From positions 69,840 to 133,839 of IMG/VR virus record IMGVR_UViG_3300025133_007837: a stretch of 64,000 nt of DNA; one strand, written 5' to 3'. Shown piece by piece: positions 43,897-55,400 of the stretch; positions within the stretch are counted from its first letter, which is position 1, and the number at the start of each line of letters is the position of its first letter. The position numbers were made by a program, and so were the translations under genes. This DNA comes from a virus. The notes under the pieces are model-generated. The model was not told the DNA's origin, searched no databases, and was given only the letters and a program-made list of their open reading frames with translations.

Positions 43897-45356
43897 TGAA
43901 ATATACTACAATCTTCAGCTCAAACGTAAGGCCTGTCGTATCAGAAGAAAAAGATAAGTATTTAGCTTTGGCTTCTGCTATCGAAGTCGCTCAATTTATT
44001 CCAGAAGTAGATGAGAAGCAGGTTGACTTGCTTCCCATAGCTTTTAATGCATTTGTGGCTAACAGAGTTAATAGAAATGGAGACGTAGTTGATACAGATA
44101 CAGCTTTAGCCTTTCATAAAGATTTTAAAAATAAACCAATTAATATAGAACATAACAGAGATAAAGTAATTGGTACTATTTTAACAGCAGGTTTTTCAGA
44201 ATTTGGAACAGATAAGCCATTAACAGAAGAAGAGGTAAAAGATATAAAAGGACCTTTTAATGTTACTCTAGGTGGAGTTATCTGGAAAGTAGTAAACCAA
44301 AGAATAGCAGACTTGATTGAAGAGTCAGCCGACCCAAGCAGCGAAGACTTCATGAGGATTAGTGCTAGCTGGGAGTTAGGCTTTAGAGATTATAATTTGG
44401 TGCTTTTAGACGGAAGTGATAAAAACATAGAAAATGGGCTCATTGTTGATGACGAAGAAGAAATCGCAGACATGGAAAAAGATCTAAAAGCTCTTGGGGG
44501 AGAAGGTAAAACTAAAGACGGAATGTCTGTCTATAGAAAGGTTGTGGGAGAGGTCGTACCTCTTGGAATAGGACTGACCGAAACTCCCGCTGCCGACGTA
44601 AAGGGCGTGTCAACCAAGAAGAGCGTTGAAGAGCCCAAAGAAGAAAAGACTTTTGCTGAAGTTGATAAAACTTCACAAATACAAGAAAAAAATGTAATAA
44701 TCCAAAACGAGGACAAAGCTATTATGAAAATAGAAAGTATTAAAGACATCACGAACGAGTCTTTGAAGGAGCTTTCTGCCTCGGCTGTTTCTGATTTTAT
44801 CGAATCGGAACTCAAGGAAGCTTCCGAGAGATTTTCAGCCGAAAAACAAAAGGTGGAAGCTAATCTCAAAGAAGCTCAAGAGAAAATCGCATCTATTAAT
44901 GTAGATTACGATAAAGTCAAAGCAGAACTAGGAACTGTTACGGAAAAGCTTGGCGCGCTGGAAACTGAAAAAGCGGTAAAAGAAGCCGAAGAGTTGTTCT
45001 CTCAGAGAATGGCCTCTTTGGACGAAAAATACGCTCTTGAGGATACGGATCGCGAAGTTCTTGCCACGCAGGTTAAAGATCTCGATGTTGAAGGCTGGGA
45101 AGCTTTCGCAAAGAATCTCGAAGTTCTGCTGAGAGACAAGTCAAGAGAAGTCTTGGCTAAAAAGGAAGACGAAGCTTCTAAGGAAGCTGAAGTTGAAGAA
45201 GAGACAAAAGCTTCTGATGAAGTTGTGGACGAGGCTATCGAAAGAGGCGAAGAAGAGGAAAGTGCTATTCCAGCATCTACCGAAGCTTCTGAAGGTTCCA
45301 CCTACGATAAGTATAAGAAAGCTTTTGAAATCGATCAATTTGATATTAATTACTAA
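43896..45356 (+). CDS. prohead protease/scaffold fusion
   Basis: NRNGD, KPINIEH, SWE, GIGLTETPAA followed by a long acidic coiled coil; upstream of capsid genes. Confidence 0.75.
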   Translation: MKYTTIFSSNVRPVVSEEKDKYLALASAIEVAQFIPEVDEKQVDLLPIAFNAFVANRVNRNGDVVDTDTALAFHKDFKNKPINIEHNRDKVIGTILTAGFSEFGTDKPLTEEEVKDIKGPFNVTLGGVIWKVVNQRIADLIEESADPSSEDFMRISASWELGFRDYNLVLLDGSDKNIENGLIVDDEEEIADMEKDLKALGGEGKTKDGMSVYRKVVGEVVPLGIGLTETPAADVKGVSTKKSVEEPKEEKTFAEVDKTSQIQEKNVIIQNEDKAIMKIESIKDITNESLKELSASAVSDFIESELKEASERFSAEKQKVEANLKEAQEKIASINVDYDKVKAELGTVTEKLGALETEKAVKEAEELFSQRMASLDEKYALEDTDREVLATQVKDLDVEGWEAFAKNLEVLLRDKSREVLAKKEDEASKEAEVEEETKASDEVVDEAIERGEEEESAIPASTEASEGSTYDKYKKAFEIDQFDINY

Positions 45357-45377
45357 TATACAAGGAAATAAAATATT

Positions 45378-46022
45378 ATGGCAACGTTTGTTAAAAACAC
45401 ACAACGGCTGAAGCCTTTCAGGCAACACGCCGAGACAGACGTCATTAACCTTTTCAGTCTTAAAGACGACGACGGAGACGTAGTGGACTCTTATTCTGAC
45501 CTTAAAGCCGACGGCGGCAAGGTCAATAAGGGGCTTCTCGTTTCTGTTAAGTCTAATGGTTGGAAAAATACTGACGATCCTGTAAATAAAACTGGTATCG
45601 GTAACCCCGGTGCTAGCTACACGAACACGGTATCATTCCGTTATGGCGCAGCTGCAAATATCGAACCTTGTGCATCTGGTAGTCAGCCTCTTGGCCTTAC
45701 CCTTTGGGACGTCGCAGAAGTCGACGAAAATGGCGAGAAGTTGATTTATCATCCGCGCAAGGCTGCCGAAATGCAGGCTGTGGTTAGTGGTCAGGCAGTT
45801 CCTGTCTTGGCCAAGGGTATTATTCTTTACAGCGGAAACCTCACAAGTGGTGGCGCAAATACTGTAACAGCAGGAGCTAAAGTTTATGCTGATATGTTGC
45901 GTCAGGGCGATCTGAGTTCGGCTGCTACTGAGAGCACCGGTGGTGCAACTCAGACGCAGGTTGGTACCGCTTTGGGATCTGTTGACGCTGACGGTTTCAT
46001 TCTGTTGAAGATTGACCTCTAA
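45378..46022 (+). CDS. head decoration / minor capsid protein
   Basis: Lies between scaffold and MCP; PLGLTL, VPVL.KG, ILLKIDL end. Confidence 0.65.
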   Translation: MATFVKNTQRLKPFRQHAETDVINLFSLKDDDGDVVDSYSDLKADGGKVNKGLLVSVKSNGWKNTDDPVNKTGIGNPGASYTNTVSFRYGAAANIEPCASGSQPLGLTLWDVAEVDENGEKLIYHPRKAAEMQAVVSGQAVPVLAKGIILYSGNLTSGGANTVTAGAKVYADMLRQGDLSSAATESTGGATQTQVGTALGSVDADGFILLKIDL

Positions 46023-46051
46023 TTTTAAACAAGAAAAGGAGATTTAATAAA

Positions 46052-47215
46052 ATGAGACTTAAATTGAAAAACACCCCTGAGCAGGTTGAACTCATCAAAG
46101 CGATGGGTAACAAAAACCAGCTCGTCGCCCGTGAGGCGCAAGAAGCTTTTGCAGCTTTTCTAGGCCCTGTAGTCCGTAAGGTTCTACAGCAGGCCGCAAC
46201 GGCCGGAGCGGTTTATACCGATGCTCCGTTTAATCAAGATGAGGGAGCTAGCTATCCTTTGGATCTTTATTATAACGAAACCAATGATGGTTACGTTAGC
46301 GTTTGGTCGCAGAATGTCGCTGGTGGTCTTCCCACTTCGCAAGACGTATCTGCTGTCCAAGAGTTGAAGATCGCAACTTATCGTTTGGATGCAGCTGTTT
46401 CTATCACCAAGAAGTATGCTAGACAAGCAAGACTTGATGTTGTGAGTAAACTTATTGAGCGTATGTCTCAAGAGGTTCTCGTTAAGCAGGAAAGAAATGC
46501 TTGGGCTGTGGTGCTTAATGCACTCGCTAACGCTAGTACTTCTTCTGTTACTGCGGATTCTGTTGGAGTCACGGATTTGGCTACAGGTAGTCACGTTATT
46601 CCAGCTTACAACACTAATAGATTCCAGTTGGCCGACTTGAACAAGTTGATGACTCTCAATAAGAGAATCAATCAGTCTTGGGCAGACGGTACTCCTGATG
46701 CTGCTTACAGCAACGGTATTACCGATCTGTACGTCAGCCCTGAGATCAAAGAGCAGATTCGCGCTTTTGCTTATCAGCCAATGAACACTGTTCAGGCTAC
46801 TAGTGGCACTAGCTCTATTCCGCTACCAGACAACATTAGAACAGAAGTGTTCAATTCTGCTGGTATGCAGGAGATCTATGGTGTAAACATCGTTGAGCTC
46901 AATGAGCTTGGTATTGGCCAGAAGTACAACACCGTCTTTGACGAGTTTGATTCAGGCAAAATCGCCCCTCATGCTAGTACCGCCGGAACGGCTATTGCGT
47001 TCGCTGGTGGGACTCATGAGCTCGCAGTTGGCGTTGATAATAGCAAGGGTGCGTTTGTTCGCGCTATCGCTCAAGACGCTGATACTGGTGACACCTTCAC
47101 GACTAGCCCAGATGATCAGTTCACTCAGAGAAATGAGAGAATTGGTTTCTATGGTTCGTTGGAAGAGGGTCGCGTATGTATCGACGCTCGTGCAGTTGTT
47201 GGACTCGCGGTCTAA
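46052..47215 (+). CDS. major capsid protein
   Basis: 387 aa, strong SD and terminator, canonical position; GFYGSLEEGRVCIDARAV end. Confidence 0.8.
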   Translation: MRLKLKNTPEQVELIKAMGNKNQLVAREAQEAFAAFLGPVVRKVLQQAATAGAVYTDAPFNQDEGASYPLDLYYNETNDGYVSVWSQNVAGGLPTSQDVSAVQELKIATYRLDAAVSITKKYARQARLDVVSKLIERMSQEVLVKQERNAWAVVLNALANASTSSVTADSVGVTDLATGSHVIPAYNTNRFQLADLNKLMTLNKRINQSWADGTPDAAYSNGITDLYVSPEIKEQIRAFAYQPMNTVQATSGTSSIPLPDNIRTEVFNSAGMQEIYGVNIVELNELGIGQKYNTVFDEFDSGKIAPHASTAGTAIAFAGGTHELAVGVDNSKGAFVRAIAQDADTGDTFTTSPDDQFTQRNERIGFYGSLEEGRVCIDARAVVGLAV

Positions 47216-47238
47216 TAGAGACCCAAAATACATTATCG

Positions 47239-47264
47239 AAGCCCCCGGAAACGGGGGCTTTTTT
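47239..47264 (+). terminator. Rho-independent terminator
   Basis: AAGCCCCCG-GAAA-CGGGGGCTT followed by a T-tract. Confidence 0.92.
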
Positions 47265-47321
47265 GTTTCTTTTTTTAGGCGATTGTGTGTATAACTAGTT
47301 ATAACGGAGAAAGGATAAGTT

Positions 47322-47714
47322 ATGGCAGTTAAAAGGAAATCAACTTCAAAAAGTAAGAAAAAGTCTAAGTCTAAAGATATGATCCAAACCCATGCTATGG
47401 AAGAAAAACAAGGATCAGATTTTGAAAAAACTACTTTAGATCAGGTATGGGGAGACGTAGGCTCTTCGAGATATGGGACTCTTGACGAAGAGGAATACTC
47501 TTCTAGAATCAGGAGTATGAACAAAACCGATCTACATGCGCACGCTGTCAAGTTTGGGATTCTACCAGTCGACAACAGGCAGCTTCTTACTACTAGGTTA
47601 ATAAGAGAGTTTAAAAAGCATGTTTTAGGGTACAGGAAGCCAGCTTCTAAAAAAACTAAAATTTCAAAAGAACCATCGAGAGCTGTTAAGTCTATTCTAG
47701 CCGAAGGCAGATAG
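47322..47714 (+). CDS. basic hypothetical protein
   Basis: ORF after the MCP terminator and a GTGTA motif. Confidence 0.7.
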   Translation: MAVKRKSTSKSKKKSKSKDMIQTHAMEEKQGSDFEKTTLDQVWGDVGSSRYGTLDEEEYSSRIRSMNKTDLHAHAVKFGILPVDNRQLLTTRLIREFKKHVLGYRKPASKKTKISKEPSRAVKSILAEGR

Positions 47715-47731
47715 AGTGTAATTATGTCTGT

Positions 47732-48574
47732 ATGCCTCAACTTATTGGTACAGGCCAGCTAGATCTTGACAACTTAAAAGAATACTTTTTAAGGTCAGAC
47801 TCTGATAGTTTATCCGGCAGTGCATCAAACACTACCGGATTTTATCCCTATACGGGTAACCCAGCGCAGTTTGCAAATACGGGATATATAGATTCTGTAA
47901 GTGGAAGTATATCTGGATATATAGATACAGTAAGCGGCGTATTGAGGACGGACCTGCTAAAGTCAGGTTTAGACTTAAGTGGGTACGTTGGTACGGTATC
48001 AAGTGAGCTAGCTTCGGATATAGATGAAGTAAGCGGAGATCTTAGGTATGTTAGTGGCTTGCATGCAGCCACAAACACAATAGCCACTGGCAATCAAAAC
48101 GACGTAGATACATTAAGTGGCGAACTTCTTAATACAGGGGAAAAGTTATCTGTACTTATAACTGGAGCGACAGGAGATGGCTTGAGTGGTTATGTCACTG
48201 GGCACGTTCATGACACTAGTGGTATATTAGATGCAAAAATTACTTCTTTAAATACAAGCTTAAGAAGTCATGTAGAAGAAGATTACCTGAGCAAAAGAGA
48301 CGAGTCGGAGGTAGTCTCGGGCTCCGTAAGTTTTCTAAAAGCTATAAAGCTAACAAGAGGATCAGAGCACGAAAGAGTTGGCGATAGAGATGAAATAGTT
48401 ACTACTCAAAGTGGTGTTAATATGTATAGTTATGTGAGTGGGGTTAATGTTGGCCCGGAGTCTGCTTACCATGAAGTTTTAACTACTTATTTACGTCATC
48501 CTCAAAGCGGGGATAACGTAAGACAAGATTTGATATTCAGCACTTTTCAGTATAGCGGAGGAATCCCAGAATAA
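47732..48574 (+). CDS. putative virion protein (VSG/SG-rich)
   Basis: Repeated DxVSG units; N-terminus similar to 38105 (I.TGQ.D). Confidence 0.65.
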   Translation: MPQLIGTGQLDLDNLKEYFLRSDSDSLSGSASNTTGFYPYTGNPAQFANTGYIDSVSGSISGYIDTVSGVLRTDLLKSGLDLSGYVGTVSSELASDIDEVSGDLRYVSGLHAATNTIATGNQNDVDTLSGELLNTGEKLSVLITGATGDGLSGYVTGHVHDTSGILDAKITSLNTSLRSHVEEDYLSKRDESEVVSGSVSFLKAIKLTRGSEHERVGDRDEIVTTQSGVNMYSYVSGVNVGPESAYHEVLTTYLRHPQSGDNVRQDLIFSTFQYSGGIPE

Positions 48575-50538
48575 TGTCTGCTCATAACGGAAATTTAAGA
48601 AAGAAGCTGGAAGGTATAAGACTATATACTAATCAGTTATATTATAAGAGTTACCCGGGTAAGCCTACAACTAACCTTATACCTACTGCTGAAGATAACT
48701 TTGGCTTTAACGCCAGACTAGGAGGCAGTCCTCATAGGTTTTATAGAATATATAGTAATAAAGACACTGATCAACAGGGCATGTATAAATCTTTGGCGAC
48801 AGGGTATATGTCTGAGAGTGACGTAGTCTACAAGACAAATTTTGCTGGTCGCAGTAATAAACTTTTCGGGTTACATTCTTTTTCGGGGAGCTCGCTTAAA
48901 TTAAAAATAGGGCAAGAATATATATTCTCTTGTGAAGTATTTGTATCCAAGAGACATAATAGAACCTCTGGTCTTGGTTCGGTGATATCTATTAAAGCTA
49001 CTGACCAAAATGGAAAATATTATGGTAATTATGATTTTTCTAAATCTGGAACTTGGCAGGTTGTCTCTATTGTTTTCGTACCAAAGCTAGAGACGCTAGT
49101 AACCGCTACATCTGGCACTTCGGGCTCATCAGGTTCCTCGGGTTCTTCTGGACTTAGCTCCTTGATAAAGACTACGCTTCGCCATACTGCCTATTTCTGG
49201 CCTCAGGAGAGCACTACGAGCGCTTCTGAGCGTTCTGGGGGGTATATACTATACAAGAACCCACAACTAGAAAAAGGTTCACAAAGGACACAGTTCACAA
49301 GAAAAGAGAAGCCTAGGCTGTCTCCAGCTAGCCTAAAAGATATAAGCTCAAATAAGAACTCTTTTAGCGTAAGTGGCATGTCTTTTTCTTCTGACTCCAA
49401 ACCTATATTCTCTGAAAATAGCTTTACTAATTTAGGATTGACTTCAACAGACACAGGCTTAAACTCAGGTCTTCAGATAAATTCAACACAAAAAAAGACC
49501 CTTGAATTCTGGTTTACTGGAACCTCTCTTTCTGAAGGAATATCCACTTTATTTTATGGAGATATATCTGAGGGAGCCAGATTCACAGATAAGAATAATG
49601 TTTCCAGAAAGCAGCATGTTTATATAAGCGATAAAAAACTTCATTGTGATTTATACAATGAGTTTGGGCTTTCAAGCAGCACGTTTACGGTAGACTCTGT
49701 AGTAGATGAGGGGGCTATAACCAACGTAATTGTCTCTGTTGATATGACAAAGTCATCTGGTAAGATAAAATTTTATGTAAATGGTTATTTAAAGAGTTCT
49801 CAGATTATCTCAAATTTACAAACGCCAACTAGCATAACTTTGTACCCTTTTTTAAATACAACGAGCTCTTTAGAGTCTTTATCTTCTAGCACAACCTATA
49901 GTCTAAATGAGGGAGGGCTAGAGGTAGAAAAAAATACAACACAAAAAGCTTTTGACAAAGGGCTTGCAGTAAATTATAAAATAAGTTCTTATAATGAAAA
50001 TGGGGAGTCAGCGGCTTCCGCTAATAAAAAAGTTTTAATAAATAAGCGAAACTCTTCTGTGTCCGTCAGCTGGGCAAATGTAAGAGAAGCAAGGGGGTTT
50101 TATGTTTATAGGTCTATAAGTAACGTCTCAGAGTTTGACGAGGCCTCGTTATTAATAAAAGCAAGAAACCCTTACTTTGGAAAAGACGGCAACGATATAA
50201 TTAGCTTTATAGATGACAACTCTATAACACTCAAAGAAGGCATACCTAAATCCAGCTCAACTTATTCAAAATACAAAGTAAACAATACTAGCTTTTATGA
50301 TGGGCCGGACCTAAAGGCCGCAATAGGAGGTTTGCCGCTCGGTAATACAAATGAAAAATCTTATATAGACGGAATTATATATAAAGTCTCAGCGTATTCA
50401 AAGGCCTTTAATGCAAGCGACGCGCTATACGCATATATAGAAGGTTCTAGAGATTTCAACCTAAAAAATAATACTGCTCCTTACAGTTTTTCAGTTTCTT
50501 CTGGAAATTCAGTAGGGGGATTTGGAGGAGGATACTAA
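48574..50538 (+). CDS. virion protein with carbohydrate-binding/LamG-like domains and a short GTSGSS tract
   Basis: [37 protein letters not shown]. Confidence 0.65.
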   Translation: MSAHNGNLRKKLEGIRLYTNQLYYKSYPGKPTTNLIPTAEDNFGFNARLGGSPHRFYRIYSNKDTDQQGMYKSLATGYMSESDVVYKTNFAGRSNKLFGLHSFSGSSLKLKIGQEYIFSCEVFVSKRHNRTSGLGSVISIKATDQNGKYYGNYDFSKSGTWQVVSIVFVPKLETLVTATSGTSGSSGSSGSSGLSSLIKTTLRHTAYFWPQESTTSASERSGGYILYKNPQLEKGSQRTQFTRKEKPRLSPASLKDISSNKNSFSVSGMSFSSDSKPIFSENSFTNLGLTSTDTGLNSGLQINSTQKKTLEFWFTGTSLSEGISTLFYGDISEGARFTDKNNVSRKQHVYISDKKLHCDLYNEFGLSSSTFTVDSVVDEGAITNVIVSVDMTKSSGKIKFYVNGYLKSSQIISNLQTPTSITLYPFLNTTSSLESLSSSTTYSLNEGGLEVEKNTTQKAFDKGLAVNYKISSYNENGESAASANKKVLINKRNSSVSVSWANVREARGFYVYRSISNVSEFDEASLLIKARNPYFGKDGNDIISFIDDNSITLKEGIPKSSSTYSKYKVNNTSFYDGPDLKAAIGGLPLGNTNEKSYIDGIIYKVSAYSKAFNASDALYAYIEGSRDFNLKNNTAPYSFSVSSGNSVGGFGGGY

Positions 50539-50539
50539 G

Positions 50540-51373
50540 ATGTCAAGTAAAGTAAATTATGGTAAATATAGAGTCAATACTGATGGTCTTGTTTTTAGAG
50601 TAGACGGATATTCTGACAGAAGTTATGATCACAACACGGAGTATTGGAGAGATTTGACCCCCAGTGGTCTAGATGTGAAGTTGCAGAACACTGGTCTTTA
50701 TGACGAAACTAGTGGCTACTATAAGTTTAGAAACCCAGATAACGGAGATAATACCTACGGAGCTATATCAGGGTCAAATTTTATCGGTTTAAGGTCTTTG
50801 GGAGTTTTAAAAGATGCAGACTCTAGTTTTACTATAGAGGCGTTTTTCGATATAAAAGATTCTGGTTCTGACTCTCCTCCTGATGATGGCGCAGTAATAT
50901 TCGGAAATACAGACCATAACAAGAGTGGTTATTCTTACGGATTTGTGACGCAAACAGGTAACGGCGGAGAGATAAGCGGTATAAAAGCTGTTGTCTCTAC
51001 AAACAAAGTCGACGGTAGTGATAACAACCCATGGACAGGTATGAGCGTTACGCTATCTGATGTAGACGATCCCTCTATATCTGGATCTGACTTCAGGCAT
51101 GTGGCTATGACCTACAATAGTTCTACTAGTGAAATGATAGGGTATATGGATGGCCAAAAGAAAGGAACGGCTTCTTTTCCAGCGACTAACTCTTCCGGAT
51201 TTCATACTGGCGATGAAAATGGGACTTACCAGCAGTTTTATGTGGGTGGCAATAACAGTTCTGGCCTAAATATTAATGTGGGCGTGGTTTCGGCTTACAA
51301 CCGAGCCCTTTCTAGCGGTGAAGTTTTAGCCAACTGCAAGGCAGTAAAACATAGATACGGACAGGGATATTAG
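50540..51373 (+). CDS. LamG/concanavalin A-like domain virion protein
   Basis: DGLVF..D...SY, W.DL, FTIEAF, HVAMTYN, YMDG, YNRALS..EV..N. Confidence 0.8.
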   Translation: MSSKVNYGKYRVNTDGLVFRVDGYSDRSYDHNTEYWRDLTPSGLDVKLQNTGLYDETSGYYKFRNPDNGDNTYGAISGSNFIGLRSLGVLKDADSSFTIEAFFDIKDSGSDSPPDDGAVIFGNTDHNKSGYSYGFVTQTGNGGEISGIKAVVSTNKVDGSDNNPWTGMSVTLSDVDDPSISGSDFRHVAMTYNSSTSEMIGYMDGQKKGTASFPATNSSGFHTGDENGTYQQFYVGGNNSSGLNINVGVVSAYNRALSSGEVLANCKAVKHRYGQGY

Positions 51374-51407
51374 TTTTGAAATTCGACCTTTTGCTATTTA
51401 AAACTAT

Positions 51408-52445
51408 TTGATGAACAATGCTCCCTTTTTTGAGGAGGCCGCGCCTTTATTTAATACAAATAAACAAAGAGGCCAAGAAAAATCTAAAGATGTTGCTATA
51501 AAGCTAAACTCCTTTTCTTTTGGAGATACTTTATCAGCTACGCCAACGATAAGAAAGTTAGCGGAGTATTACGCTAAAAAAATAATAGTGTGCACGCATA
51601 AACCTTTTCTTTTTGAGCACAATCCATATGTTCTTTTTACGATACATGTAGATGATTTTAAACAAGAACATTATGATAAATACGAGGTCTTTGATACTTT
51701 TAATTCAATAGGAAAGGCAGATAGAGCTGGGATAGAAAAAAAATACGCAGCTTTCGATATAAGAAAGATACATTGCACGGAGATAGGCTTTGACTTGATG
51801 CCAGAAGAGCTTCATTGCGATTATTACCCCGGAACAATAGAGTTTAATAGAGGTGACCAAGACTTTCTAGCTAATAACAAATACGCAGTTGTTCATATAG
51901 GACAAAATTGGCCTAGTAGAACTTGGCCAAAAGAGAGCTACGTTAATTTGATAAGAGGGCTGAATAGAAATCACCTAAAGGTTGCGTTAGTTGGGTTTGA
52001 TCAGAAACCTGAGCCGGGCCAATATAACCACGATAAAACTTGCTATAATTTCGATGCTTTAGATTTTGAAGGAGTAAGTTTTTTAAATAGAACTTCCTTA
52101 GATCAAGATTATTATATAACCAAGAACTCAGAGGCTTGCGTGACTATGGATACAGGACAGCTACATCTGGCAGGCTGCACTGACGCTCATATTATATTTA
52201 TAGGAGCTTCTGTTCACCCTTTTTGGAGAGCTCCCTACAGAAAAGGAAGTCAATCTTATAAAATGACTTTCGTCGGTGGCACGTGCGAAGCTTTTTGTGC
52301 GTCGGACCCAAAGTATTCTGTTATAGAGCACGGTACCGTTAATAGTGTTCCCCCTTTGCCTTTTTGCTTAGAAGGGAGGCCTAATTTCGACTGTCAACCT
52401 AGGTGGGAAGACGTTCTTTCTTCTACCTTAAAAGTTACAGAATGA
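51408..52445 (+). CDS. GT9/heptosyltransferase-like glycosyltransferase with Cys-rich C-terminus
   Basis: SFGDTLSATP, W.SRTWP, DTGQLHLA, C..FC..CL..C. Confidence 0.8.
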   Translation: MMNNAPFFEEAAPLFNTNKQRGQEKSKDVAIKLNSFSFGDTLSATPTIRKLAEYYAKKIIVCTHKPFLFEHNPYVLFTIHVDDFKQEHYDKYEVFDTFNSIGKADRAGIEKKYAAFDIRKIHCTEIGFDLMPEELHCDYYPGTIEFNRGDQDFLANNKYAVVHIGQNWPSRTWPKESYVNLIRGLNRNHLKVALVGFDQKPEPGQYNHDKTCYNFDALDFEGVSFLNRTSLDQDYYITKNSEACVTMDTGQLHLAGCTDAHIIFIGASVHPFWRAPYRKGSQSYKMTFVGGTCEAFCASDPKYSVIEHGTVNSVPPLPFCLEGRPNFDCQPRWEDVLSSTLKVTE

Positions 52446-55400
52446 AAAGAAAGATATTATTTATACCCATGCATCTTTCTACTGGTGGGTCTCCTCAGTG
52501 GCTGCATGAGCTTATAAAAGTCTGTTTGTCGGAGAACGAGGTTTTTGTAGCTGAGTTTAATAATTACGGTTCCTATAATATACAAAAAGACAGGATAATA
52601 AATTTAGTTGGCAAAAAGAATTATGAATGTATTGGTCCGTGTTTTTCGGATAATTGGATAGAAGAAAGGGGTAAGTTACTAGAAGTTATAAAAGAATTTG
52701 ATCCTCATATAATACATTTTAACGAAATACCTGAAAACTTTGAATACAATGGATTCCCCGAAGAATTACTTGAAAAAATATATAACGAAAACAGAAGTTA
52801 TAAAATATTAGAAACTTGCCATTCTAATGCTTTTGATTTTGCCAATAAGGTTCATCAGCCTGATGCGTATGTGTGCGTTTCAGATTACCACCCAAGAAAA
52901 ATAAAAGAGGTTTTCCCTGAGGCTAAGTGTTATACTTGGGATTATAAGATACCCAATAAGGAGAGACCCGACAGAGATAAAACTTTGATGAGCCTTGGAC
53001 TAGACCCAACAAAAACCCATATACTAAATGTTGGTCTCTTTCACGAAAATAAAAACCAGAAGTTTATTTATAAAATAGCAGAAGAAATGCTAGATGAAAA
53101 TATTCAGTTTCATTTTATAGGAAACAGCTGTTACCTATGTAATTGTGGCATTGAAAACACAGATCTACTTAATTGCAAAGTATGGGGAGAAAGAAAGGAT
53201 GTGGATAGATTTTATTCATGTATGGACTTGTTTTTCTTTCCGTCGATAAGGGAGTTAAACCCGCTGAGTGTTAAAGAGGCATTATCTTGGGGTATGCCTG
53301 TATTAATGAACAGGATAAAATCTTGTGATTTATACAAAAAATACGAAAACAATGACAATGTAATTTTTATAGATGATGTAAATACAAAAGAGTATATAGA
53401 AAAAACTATAAAGAACCCTAGAAAAAAAGAAGATTTTAGAATAGCTTTGTATACAAGTTTTTATAATAACGCTAGATATATAACGGGCGTATATAAACAA
53501 ATATGCAGCCAGACTTACGAGGACTGGAAGTGGTTTGTTACAGATGACTTCAGCAAGGATAGCGCGGTTAAAGACACTTTAGTTGACTTAGCTTCAAAAG
53601 ATAATAGAGTAGTATACTGTGAGCAAAAAACTAAAAAAGAGATGTTTTGGAATCCTCAACATTTTGTTACTAAAGATTGCGACTACTTAGCTTTAGTAGA
53701 TGCGGACGACGGAATATACCCTAAAGCTTTAGAGTTTTTAAATCATATGCTGAAAAAGAACCCTGAGGCTTTTTCTTTTTCAACATGGTTCCATCAGTAT
53801 AGTAACGATATAGACAGCACGGATAACATCACTAATCTTGATTACTCTTTTCCTAAAGACAATTGGTGCGACTACTTAGATAAGCATGAAAAAGACCTAA
53901 TAAATTCAGGAGAATTCGACTGGTCATACTTAAGAACTTTTAGGTTCTTTGGGGCTCTAAGGGGGCACAAGAACGATAAGCAAGTTGAGATAGAGGTTCA
54001 GAGTCCTGTAGAGACGGTATCAGAAGACTCTATAAGGATGGCGCAGCTTCAAAAGTATGGAAATTATGTACTTTTTCCTAGGCCTATGTACAAGGTGCTT
54101 AACCATGACGAGTCTCACGCTACGCCTTCAAACGTAACCAATGAACAAGGTAAGGTGGGTAAGTTAAATTTATATGACTCTATAAACTCTACAAAAAACT
54201 TCAAGCATAACGTAATACTCCACACTTACTATAGATTCTTTGACGAGCTTTGTGCGTTGGCTAGATCTGATATACATTTTGAAAAAAATAGAAAGAGACT
54301 TTGTTTGATCACCAATAAAGAAGTATCTGATTCAGAAAAGAATAAAATACAGGACCTATATTTTGATCATGATTTTTGTGTTAACGAGTATTCTGAAAAG
54401 GTTGATTATTTCTTTTTCGATGCTAATAGCTTTAATGATAACGAACTAAAAGACATATTTACAAAACTAAAAAGTATAAAAAATAATTTTGATTTAAATA
54501 TTTATTCTCTTTTAAGTAAAGAAGATAGAGAGGTAATGGATAAAGCTATCTCGAGAGTATCGAATATTTTTCATGGCCTCGTCTTCAGATGGAATACTTT
54601 TTGTAGAAATTTAGTTTTTAATATGAAGTTTAAAAATTTAAAAAAGAAAGTCTTAATCGAGCTTTGCAGTTCCTCTCTAGGAGATAGTTTGGCTTGGGTT
54701 CCGTATGCAGAAGAATACAGAGTGCAAAAAGATTGCGATGTCCACTTGTTTACTTTTAAAAATGATTTGTATAGAAATAGCTACCCTGAGATAAAGTTCA
54801 TTGATGACTTAAAAGAAGTTGAAGGCGAGAATTTTCATGATCATCTTAAGATAGGCTGGTTTAATCATACTCCTGACTGGGTTAAGCAAAATGAAGAGCA
54901 AAGAGCTGCGTCTTATTATTTGGGCTTAGAGCATAAAGAGTTAAAACCTAGGGTTGATATAAATAATAAAGAAAGGATGATCTCGGGCAAATATGTCTGC
55001 ATATCCGTTCAATCTACGGCTCAATGCAAGTACTGGAATAATCCTGATGGGTGGGATAAGGTTGTAGAGTACTTAAACTCAAAAGGGTATCAGGTAGTGT
55101 GCATAGATAGGCATGAGTCTTTTGGGGGAAGAAATAGAGACAACCGTATACCCTCCGGGGGTATAAATAAAACTGGAGACTTCGACTTGCAGGAGAGAAT
55201 AACAGATTTATATCATTGCGAGTTTTTCATAGGTTTAGGCTCTGGCCTGTCTTGGCTGGCTTGGGCTCTGAACAAGGACGTGGTTTTAATAAGTGGATTT
55301 AGCAATGAGGAAACAGAATTTTATACGCCATACAGAGTAATCAATAAAGACGTTTGTAATTCCTGTTGGAATAATCATAAATTTGATGCTAGTAATTGGA

